A DNA stretch of 55,845 nucleotides from a virus. Taxonomy: Duplodnaviria; Caudoviricetes. The notes beneath the pieces were generated by a model. The model did not search any database and was not told where the DNA came from. It saw nothing but the letters and a program-made list of their open reading frames with translations. A program made the translations under genes and the position numbers. Shown in pieces: positions 17,762-25,588 of the stretch (position 1 is its first letter; the number at the start of each line of letters is the position of its first letter). The DNA is taken from the IMG/VR virus record IMGVR_UViG_3300034066_001434, positions 1-55,845 of that record; one strand, written 5' to 3'.

Positions 17762-20614
17762 ATGCCTACTACAATCACTCCAATTCAAACAGATGTATTT
17801 TTAAATGAAAGTAGAAAGTTGGTAGAACTTTCTAAGATTCGTAGTGGATTTATAAAATTAATAAAATATAAAAAAGATAGAATAAAATTAGAACAAAAAT
17901 TTGAAGCAACTAAAGATAAATTTGCAGTTCGTCAACAATTAATAGATAGAAAAAAAATACAAGGGAAAAAGAAACCAAGTAAAACTATAAAAAATAAGTT
18001 AACTCAAAAATCAGAAAAAACTTTATCGGGAAGTTTATTTAATTTATTATTTACATTTATTCAATTTAAAGTTTTAAGTTGGTTTGGAGATCCTAAAAAT
18101 TTAGAAAAAGTTAAAGGTATAGTGAAAGCTGTACTTGGAATATTTAAATTTATAGATTGGGTTGCAACTGGATCTATTAAAAATTTATTAGATGGATTGC
18201 ATAGTTTACTATTTGGTGGTTCAATCTTAGAAAGAATCCTTGGATTATTTTCTGCTATTGTAGGATTTTTTGGCATAAAATATCTACTCAATCCTTTTAA
18301 AATAATTAAAGATATAAAATTTATTATTAAAAATGGTGACAAGATAGGCCAAATATTTGATGCATTTAGAAAATCTGGAATAACAGAAGGTGTAGGAAAA
18401 CTAGTACAGAATTTAACTAAAACTGGCGACATCTTTAAAAGAGGATTAGCTAAGGGATTTTCCAGAGCAATTTTAAAAGTATTTGGAAAGGGTGGTCTCA
18501 AATTATTAACTAAAGTTGCTTCATCATCTATAGTTGGTGGCGTGACAAAGTTTGCTGCTGGACCACTTAAAGCTATTGCAAGTAAAACTGTTGCAGGAAT
18601 TCCTATTGTAGGGCCTTTGCTGAACTTAGGAATAAATTTATTATTAGGAGATCCTGTTGATAAAGCTATTGTAAAAACAGTTGGTTCTACTTTAGGAATG
18701 GGAATAGGTGGAATTGTTGGATCTGTATTACCCGGACCTGGAACTATTGTTGGTGGAGCACTTGGAGGTATACTTGGTGATTGGGCCGGATCTAAATTAT
18801 ACGATTGGTTAAAAGGTGCATTTTCTAAAAAGAATGAAGAACCTGCACTTGCAGTTGGTGGTATTGTCACAAAACCAACTAGAGCTTTAATTGGTGAAGC
18901 TGGACCTGAGGCAGTAATTCCATTGGGTCAAATTTATAATGGATCAATGATGAGTGCTCCATTAGGCATCGTTGCATCCTCAATGATTGGAGGTATTAAT
19001 GCTCTTATAACATCCATGGGTCCAGTAGGATTTATGATTAAACCATTTGCATCTCAGTTACTTTCTCCATTTGCCAGAGAATTTGGAGTAAAAAATTATA
19101 CGTTCTCATCCGACTTGGCTAAAAAATCTGGAAACGTAATGATAACATCTGGAGGACAAGGAGATCAAAAACAGACTGAGGAATTAAACAATATAGTCGG
19201 TACTGGATTACCTTTAAATATTATATCCAAGAAACAAGAAGATACACAAGATAGATACAACTCTGGATTTAGTATTCGTGAAATACTTGGAGATATTTTA
19301 AACAATATTATTAACTTAGATTTTTCCTCTGGCGATACTGGTGGAGGAGCTGGTGGCGGCGGTGGTGGAGGAGCTGGAGCAGATCAATCATTAACTGCGG
19401 CAGAATTGGATGCTATTAAGGCATCTTCTGCAGACAAGCGAGCTGCTGCCCATCTAGCAACACTGGAAGCTACAGCACCACAGCATGTTGCTGATGTATA
19501 TCAAGTTATTTTAAACAGGGCTGCAGGACAAAGTGGGGGGATTCCTGCAGTAATTACTGCCAAGGAACAGTTTACACCTTACTCTGCAGCATTGTATGGT
19601 GGTAGCCCTGGAGATAAAAATGCAAATGCAAAATATGGTGGACTTGGAGTATCTAAAAAAGAATTATTTGATCTTGCTGCAAAACCAGATGGAATTCAGC
19701 AATTAACAAATAGATTTCAGGCGGGAAATCCAAAAGTTGCTGCTCAAGTTCTTGCAGACTTTGAGAAAAATGGTCCTTTATCTCAATCAGCAAGAAAATT
19801 TGTTGGGGGTGCTCAATATTTTCTTGGTTACAAACATTCTGGGGCAAGAAGTAGACCTGATGGAGGAAACTGGTTCAGAGACAAATATCAAACTGGTGGA
19901 GTAGTTTCAACTCAAGGTGTTTCAGACACAGGACCAGGATATACTATACAAAATGCAATAGATCAACAAGGTAGACCAGTAGTATTCTCTCAATCTGCTG
20001 CGTCTGCGTTTGCAAAGATGATGAAAGATTCTGGTGGGATAGTAAAACCATCAGATGTTGCAAGTAGTAAAAGAAGTCCCGCAAAAAATAGATCAGTTGG
20101 AGGAGCAACAAATTCCAAACATATGTATGGAATTGCTATGGATATTCATGGTTCATCTAATCAATGGATCAGAAAAAATGGTGCAAAATATGGTTGGATT
20201 GCAAATGATTATTCTGGTTCTCATGGAGGACATTTTGAATTTGGTGGACAAGGAATTCAACCATCGGATGTTTCTTCATCCTCTCAAGAAAAACCGACAT
20301 CAGGATCTAGCTCACAATCTACCACACCAGACTGGTCAGCTATCACAAAACATCTCGGAGATTTATATAATATATTAAATGGAACTCCACCAGAACTAAA
20401 AATAAATTCTGAAAATTTATCAACTCAAAGTATGAATTTCTTGGAGAATTCTAAATTAGATCTTGGAGTTTCTGATACATATATTATATCTCAGCAAGGA
20501 AATACAATGATTTCCAATATGAATGTAATGACTCCATTACCTTCTACAGATTATTCTATAGGATCTTATTCTTTAATGGATACTTCCGTTTATCAATCAC
20601 AACGTAGACTCTAA
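17762..20614 (+). CDS. Second tape-measure-like paralog with SleB-like cell-wall hydrolase and M15 peptidase domains
   Basis: GGIVTKPTRALIGEAGPEA; VYQVILNR...VITAKEQF (Hydrolase_2-like); RS...N..VGGATNSKHMYGIAMDI...HFEF (M15 Zn peptidase). Confidence 0.75.
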   Translation: MPTTITPIQTDVFLNESRKLVELSKIRSGFIKLIKYKKDRIKLEQKFEATKDKFAVRQQLIDRKKIQGKKKPSKTIKNKLTQKSEKTLSGSLFNLLFTFIQFKVLSWFGDPKNLEKVKGIVKAVLGIFKFIDWVATGSIKNLLDGLHSLLFGGSILERILGLFSAIVGFFGIKYLLNPFKIIKDIKFIIKNGDKIGQIFDAFRKSGITEGVGKLVQNLTKTGDIFKRGLAKGFSRAILKVFGKGGLKLLTKVASSSIVGGVTKFAAGPLKAIASKTVAGIPIVGPLLNLGINLLLGDPVDKAIVKTVGSTLGMGIGGIVGSVLPGPGTIVGGALGGILGDWAGSKLYDWLKGAFSKKNEEPALAVGGIVTKPTRALIGEAGPEAVIPLGQIYNGSMMSAPLGIVASSMIGGINALITSMGPVGFMIKPFASQLLSPFAREFGVKNYTFSSDLAKKSGNVMITSGGQGDQKQTEELNNIVGTGLPLNIISKKQEDTQDRYNSGFSIREILGDILNNIINLDFSSGDTGGGAGGGGGGGAGADQSLTAAELDAIKASSADKRAAAHLATLEATAPQHVADVYQVILNRAAGQSGGIPAVITAKEQFTPYSAALYGGSPGDKNANAKYGGLGVSKKELFDLAAKPDGIQQLTNRFQAGNPKVAAQVLADFEKNGPLSQSARKFVGGAQYFLGYKHSGARSRPDGGNWFRDKYQTGGVVSTQGVSDTGPGYTIQNAIDQQGRPVVFSQSAASAFAKMMKDSGGIVKPSDVASSKRSPAKNRSVGGATNSKHMYGIAMDIHGSSNQWIRKNGAKYGWIANDYSGSHGGHFEFGGQGIQPSDVSSSSQEKPTSGSSSQSTTPDWSAITKHLGDLYNILNGTPPELKINSENLSTQSMNFLENSKLDLGVSDTYIISQQGNTMISNMNVMTPLPSTDYSIGSYSLMDTSVYQSQRRL

Positions 20615-21984
20615 TGAACCAACAATTTACTGGAGATTTTTCTCTTAAAGAAGTTAGATTATATCCTCTTTTAGATGAATCCAAGTTAGCAGGTAACAAT
20701 AAGTATCTGGATATTAAACAATTAGTTCAAGAGATTACCCTGAACGAAAGTGTAATTTCTACAAGTTTATATTGCCAACTTGTTATTCAGGATATTGGAA
20801 ATAATATTATTGGTTCTTTGCCTTTAGTCGGACAGGAAAGAATAGAGTTAGTAATTTCTACGAGTTATGCCAATTATAATTTAAATTTTTATATTTATAA
20901 AATTGATGGCAGAGCGATGAGAGAAAAAAATCAATTGTATGTTATGCACTGTGTCAGCAAAGAGGCATTGATAAATGAGTACACAAGAATTCGTGAAAGA
21001 GTAGACGCTAAAAAAGCTGAAGATTTTATAGAAGATAAACTAAAAATTATTACTGGTGAAAATACAAACTCAAACTCTACAGAGAATAGAAAGTTTAAAA
21101 AATTAGTCAAGAAGGATGCAACATTGTATCCATTTAATATGTACGTTCCGAATTGGAGATTGTTTGATACTGCAATTTGGATGTCTCGTAGAAGTGTTTC
21201 TACGGATCATAAAGATTCTGTTGGATATCTTTTCTACGAAACGTTTGAAGGATACTATTATAGATCTGTTGATGCAATATTCAAATCCGATCCATATCCA
21301 AACAAAAACACAAAATATACATTTATTCAAGGAAATACAAATGCATCTAAATCTGAATTGAATAATTATAGAATTTTTGATTATTCTTCACCCAAAGCAT
21401 TTGATATACTTGAGGATCTTCGTAACGGAGCTTTCTGTCATAATGCATTGTATATTGATATTAACAATAGAAATTATAGAAACCTTAGAACTAATGCATC
21501 AACATATTGGGATAACATGGAACACTTGGAAAAGTTAACTCCATTTCAAGATCCTCAGAAAGAGTTACTGGAACAACCTTCTAGATTGATATATAGACCT
21601 ACTACAATATCAACTTTCAATTGGAAAGACTTAAGTAATTCTGAAATACAAAATTTAAATAATATTGACGATGTAAATAAAAGTTTTGAAAAATCTATCT
21701 ATAGATATTATTTCCTCGAATATAATAAATTGGAAATCTCAATTCCTGGAGATTTAAAATTAAGAGCTGGAAGTGTAATTAGTGTATCCATTCCTTCTCC
21801 ACAAAAAAGTAGTACTGGAAAAGTTCAAGAAGATGCCAGAATGAGTGGTAGATATATGGTACATTCTATTAGACATACCATAATAAATAGAACTGAACTT
21901 AGAACATTCGTTACATTATCTAGAGATTCTTTTGGGGGAAATGAGATCAGCAAAGCCACAGTAACTAGCGGAGACACATTCTAA
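20614..21984 (+). CDS. Baseplate hub protein (gp27-like)
   Basis: LPLVGQERI, YLFYET.EGY, ISIPGDLKLRAGSVI...SGRYMVHSIRH; precedes gp5. Confidence 0.7.
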   Translation: MNQQFTGDFSLKEVRLYPLLDESKLAGNNKYLDIKQLVQEITLNESVISTSLYCQLVIQDIGNNIIGSLPLVGQERIELVISTSYANYNLNFYIYKIDGRAMREKNQLYVMHCVSKEALINEYTRIRERVDAKKAEDFIEDKLKIITGENTNSNSTENRKFKKLVKKDATLYPFNMYVPNWRLFDTAIWMSRRSVSTDHKDSVGYLFYETFEGYYYRSVDAIFKSDPYPNKNTKYTFIQGNTNASKSELNNYRIFDYSSPKAFDILEDLRNGAFCHNALYIDINNRNYRNLRTNASTYWDNMEHLEKLTPFQDPQKELLEQPSRLIYRPTTISTFNWKDLSNSEIQNLNNIDDVNKSFEKSIYRYYFLEYNKLEISIPGDLKLRAGSVISVSIPSPQKSSTGKVQEDARMSGRYMVHSIRHTIINRTELRTFVTLSRDSFGGNEISKATVTSGDTF

Positions 21985-22200
21985 ATGACTAAACACATAG
22001 ATACCCATATAGATCGTAATAAAGACGAACTATCTGGATCCACAGTTAGTGCCCAAAGACGTAGATTTCTAGAAAATGAACTAGAATCTTTAATTAAATA
22101 CAAAGAAAATCATCCAGATCAAACAAATGATCCAACTCCATTAGAATTATTCTGTGACGAAAATCCAGACTCTCCTGAATGTCGTATTTACGAAGTGTAA
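21985..22200 (+). CDS. cp12: CP12 Calvin-cycle regulatory protein (phage type)
   Basis: C-terminal DPTPLELFCDENPDSPECRIYE motif; no N-terminal Cys pair. Confidence 0.92.
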   Translation: MTKHIDTHIDRNKDELSGSTVSAQRRRFLENELESLIKYKENHPDQTNDPTPLELFCDENPDSPECRIYEV

Positions 22201-22203
22201 TAA

Positions 22204-24648
22204 ATGTCAATTAATCCTACATTACAAAACTCTGCCTTTCTTGGTCATAGTGATTTTACATGGTGGCTCGGCACTGTAGAAAATGCCGATGATAGAGATG
22301 GAAAATTAGGAAGAGTTCGTGTAAAAATTCTTGGATTTCATGACCCATCTGAAAAACCAGAAAATTTACCCTGGGCGCTTGTACTACAACCAACTACAAA
22401 TCCAGCAGTAAGTGGAATTGGCAATGCAGCTAATTGCCTGAAACCTGGAAGTTTTGTCATGGGATTTTTTCTGGATTATCCAGATTGTCAACAACCTGTT
22501 GTATTAGGAACTTTTTATAGTCAAATTAAAGCTATTGGAGAACCAGGAACTTATTCTGAAATTACAAGCCCTGGAGCAGCCAATATTATAGATCCAAATA
22601 TTTCAAAAACTGGCCAACCACAAGATTCTGAAAGAACAAATGATGAAGGTGGAGTAGCTTCTCAATCTGTAGCCGCAGCAAGTTTACCTGCATCTCCATC
22701 AAACCCATCTGGAAATCTTGGTGCGAATTCAATTGCAGACGGAAAAGATGGCCCTGCCAAAACTCTTGTAGAAGATATTAAACGATGTGTAGAAGGACTA
22801 GGAAACATATTTAAGACTGGAATTGTATATAATCCCAACGCAACTAATCCAACTCTCACGAAAGATCTTTCCAAAGAAGAGCAAAAAATTCCAGTAACAA
22901 ATCCAAAATCATTTCCCCCAAGAGGAATAGTAGAAATAAATGGAGAGAGAATAGGATATAACGGAATTAATGAATATTGTTTGATTAATGCTAAAAGAGG
23001 AATGAATGGAACAACTCCTAAAGCTCATGCTAAAGGAGTCAAAGTAAAGTACATTCCAAAAACAGACAGCCCCATTGAAGTATACGGCAAATTTACTAAC
23101 AAAATTGCCGATGTAAAAGGTGCTGTAGACATGTGTTTAAATGTCATACGAAATCTGGTATGGTATATTATTAATCAAGTTAAGTCTTGGTTAATGGCAG
23201 AGATAACCAAATATTTAAATATGTTGGGACTGAGTTCGAGTAGTCCAATTCCATATTTTGTTAAGACTTTAACAGAAGTTGTTATACAAATTTTAAAGAC
23301 CATTGGATGCACTTTTGATGAAGGATTGGCTGATGCTTTAATGAATGGCATTGAAGGATTCATTAAAGATTTTGTAGAGGGATTAACTCAAGATCTTATT
23401 GATATGGCTGATAATTATATCAGTCTTGCAGAACAATGTGTCAATGATATCTTTGGTTCTATTTTTGAATTGACTTCTGTTGCTGCTGAAATTGCTAGTT
23501 CTATAGAAGATATTCTTTCTGTCATGGAAAGTGTGGGTTCTATTGGAAACATGGGATCTTTATTTGATGCAAATGGCATGGTAAATGCAAATATGTTATC
23601 TAATATTGGAAATATTGTTTCATTTATATTACAACTACTAGGAATTGGATGTGATAGGACAACAGAATCTCCAATCCAAATTGATTGGAATGAATGTACA
23701 CTGACTGGAAATAATTGTAATCCATTTAATTTCCGAGTGACAAATAACATAGCAGGAAAATGGAATCCAGAATACTCAAAACAATTTGTACAATCAAGTG
23801 AAGCTGGACATCTTATTATGATGGATGATACTCCATATAATAATAGATTAGTTATCGAAGCAGCAAATAGTAGAACAGGATTCCAAGTTGATGATGATGG
23901 CAATATTCGTGTTACAAATAGTAAAAATAAAGTTGAGGTAACATTTGGAGAACAAAACGTTACTATAAAAGGAAATGCATATATTTCAGTTAAAGGTGAT
24001 TATCATTTAAAAGTAGGAGGAAATTATCATTTAGAAGTAGATGGACAATATAATGTATGGGCAAATAGAGAAAGTAAAGTAACCTATAATGGAGAACATG
24101 AAACCCTTTATAAGAATGATTCTAAACTTAGTGCTGCAAATGGACTTGCTCTTGCTGGTTCAAAAATAGGACTTTCTGCCTCTGGAAGTTTAGATATTAT
24201 TTCTCCAACATTTAGTTCATATTGCACAGAACAGAATCACTTATGTAGTGGATCATGGAATTTATTTGCTTTCTACGAAAATAAATACATCGGACTACAC
24301 AAATTCTGTTTGGTGGGAGGAAATAAAATAAATCTTCGTGCAGGAACTAATTCAGATGTAGGAACTGGAGTTTCAAATAAGTTCCAAGCTAGTGCAGAAA
24401 ATACTTGGAAAGGTGGACTACATAATATGACTATTATGGGAACAAATTCTATAACTAAACTTGGTATCATGAATGACACTACTCAAGGTGTTGCTTCTAA
24501 GAATAGGCTTGCAGTTCAATTAGAATCTGTTGGTGGTACAAATGTTTGTGTCACTGCTGCACCAGAATCTAGAAATGTTCAAGGTCCATTGTTAGATATT
24601 AGTGGAACTTTATGTATGAGAGAAGCTCCAATTATCATAGATAATTAA
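22204..24648 (+). CDS. gp5: Baseplate central spike gp5 (OB-fold plus beta-helix; no T4 lysozyme domain)
   Basis: WWLGTVE...LGRVRVKILGFH...LPWA...VMGFFLD...QQPVVLG; SEAGHLIMMDDTP; VKGDYHLKVGGNYHLEVDG repeats. Confidence 0.88.
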   Translation: MSINPTLQNSAFLGHSDFTWWLGTVENADDRDGKLGRVRVKILGFHDPSEKPENLPWALVLQPTTNPAVSGIGNAANCLKPGSFVMGFFLDYPDCQQPVVLGTFYSQIKAIGEPGTYSEITSPGAANIIDPNISKTGQPQDSERTNDEGGVASQSVAAASLPASPSNPSGNLGANSIADGKDGPAKTLVEDIKRCVEGLGNIFKTGIVYNPNATNPTLTKDLSKEEQKIPVTNPKSFPPRGIVEINGERIGYNGINEYCLINAKRGMNGTTPKAHAKGVKVKYIPKTDSPIEVYGKFTNKIADVKGAVDMCLNVIRNLVWYIINQVKSWLMAEITKYLNMLGLSSSSPIPYFVKTLTEVVIQILKTIGCTFDEGLADALMNGIEGFIKDFVEGLTQDLIDMADNYISLAEQCVNDIFGSIFELTSVAAEIASSIEDILSVMESVGSIGNMGSLFDANGMVNANMLSNIGNIVSFILQLLGIGCDRTTESPIQIDWNECTLTGNNCNPFNFRVTNNIAGKWNPEYSKQFVQSSEAGHLIMMDDTPYNNRLVIEAANSRTGFQVDDDGNIRVTNSKNKVEVTFGEQNVTIKGNAYISVKGDYHLKVGGNYHLEVDGQYNVWANRESKVTYNGEHETLYKNDSKLSAANGLALAGSKIGLSASGSLDIISPTFSSYCTEQNHLCSGSWNLFAFYENKYIGLHKFCLVGGNKINLRAGTNSDVGTGVSNKFQASAENTWKGGLHNMTIMGTNSITKLGIMNDTTQGVASKNRLAVQLESVGGTNVCVTAAPESRNVQGPLLDISGTLCMREAPIIIDN

Positions 24649-24661
24649 TCTCAATACCCCC

Positions 24662-24690
24662 TTGACAACCCATCCTGGGTGTGGTATGAT
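24662..24690 (+). promoter_or_regulatory. Sigma70-like promoter
   Basis: TTGACA, 17 bp, TATGAT. Confidence 0.85.
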
Positions 24691-24713
24691 ATGACTGACC
24701 TCAGAACAATCTT

Positions 24714-24899
24714 ATGAATATTAGAGACAATTCGACATTAAATAAAGTAGAGGTTGATATGTTGTCAAGAAAAGTTCACCTTCATGGAGATGATGGAGAA
24801 TATCTTTGTGTAGATGATTCTGATTCTCAACAGTTCACTAATATGTGCAAATTTATTAATGAAACGTTACCTTCAGATATGATCGAATATAAGTATTGA
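24714..24899 (+). CDS. Small conserved hypothetical protein
   Basis: 61 aa ORF directly behind the promoter. Confidence 0.7.
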   Translation: MNIRDNSTLNKVEVDMLSRKVHLHGDDGEYLCVDDSDSQQFTNMCKFINETLPSDMIEYKY

Positions 24900-24924
24900 C
24901 AGATCTCGAAAGACATGATATGAT
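24896..24924 (+). promoter_or_regulatory. Sigma70-like promoter for the tRNA(CAU) transcript
   Basis: TTGACA (24896-24901), 17 bp, TATGAT (24919-24924). Confidence 0.85.
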
Positions 24925-24971
24925 TATCATGTCCGTGTGAAGGAAGTGATCCCAAGATTTTCTTGGGACTT

Positions 24972-25044
24972 GCTCGATTAGCTATCTGGTGAAAGCACCC
25001 GACTCATAATCGGATATAGGTGGGTTCGATCCCCTCATCGAGCA
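24972..25044 (+). tRNA. tRNA with CAU anticodon (elongator Met or lysidine-modified Ile2)
   Basis: GCTCGAT/ATCGAGC acceptor stem, CCGA-CTCATAA-TCGG anticodon arm, GGG-TTCGATC-CCC T arm. Confidence 0.9.
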
Positions 25045-25045
25045 C

Positions 25046-25074
25046 TTGACAATCCTCTGATCATGTGTTATGAT
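25046..25074 (+). promoter_or_regulatory. Sigma70-like promoter for tRNA-Leu
   Basis: TTGACA, 17 bp, TATGAT. Confidence 0.85.
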
Positions 25075-25087
25075 TGTCTCATCACCT

Positions 25088-25170
25088 GGGCGTATGGTGA
25101 AATTGGTAAACACAACTGACTTAAAATCAGTCGGGGATTCCCCTTGTCGGTTCAAGTCCGACTATGCCCA
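25088..25170 (+). tRNA. tRNA-Leu(UAA)
   Basis: GGGCGTA/TATGCCC acceptor, ACTGA-CTTAAAA-TCAGT anticodon arm, variable arm, GTCGG-TTCAAGT-CCGAC T arm. Confidence 0.95.
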
Positions 25171-25201
25171 TAAATAAAGTATCATTTAGGTAGATACAGA
25201 A

Positions 25202-25540
25202 TTGAAACAGTTAGGGAAGCACTGCGTCGCAGAATTGTATGGTTGCGATCATTCAATTTTAAATAATGAAAAAGTTTTAATTGAATTAATCAAAGAATCT
25301 ATAGATATTGCTGGAGCAACTTTGCTGGATATTTGTTCTCACAAATTTAATCCTCAGGGAGTTACTATAGTTGCTTTACTATCTGAAAGTCATATTTCTA
25401 TTCATACCTGGCCTGAAAATGGTAGCTCCGCATTAGACGTTTTTACTTGCGGAAGTTCCAAGCCAGATTTAGCTCTTTTACATATCATAAACTTCCTAAA
25501 CCCATCAGAATATAATATGAATTGCTTCGATAGAGGATAA
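25202..25540 (+). CDS. speD: S-adenosylmethionine decarboxylase proenzyme
   Basis: HKFNPQGVT...LSESHISIHTWPE...DVFTCG; TTG start; CATAAATA late motif at 25169-25176. Confidence 0.95.
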   Translation: MKQLGKHCVAELYGCDHSILNNEKVLIELIKESIDIAGATLLDICSHKFNPQGVTIVALLSESHISIHTWPENGSSALDVFTCGSSKPDLALLHIINFLNPSEYNMNCFDRG

Positions 25541-25547
25541 CAACTGT

Positions 25548-25555
25548 TATAAATA
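25548..25555 (+). promoter_or_regulatory. T4 late promoter
   Basis: TATAAATA exact consensus upstream of the giant ORF. Confidence 0.75.
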
Positions 25556-25588
25556 AATCTAGTTTTTAGCCTCTCTCAAGGTAAATAT

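Noticed and set aside
14889-18870. Long minus-strand ORFs (14889-15479, 18061-18870 and others)
   Set aside because: Antisense shadows of Gly/Ala-rich sense genes, with no recognisable motifs
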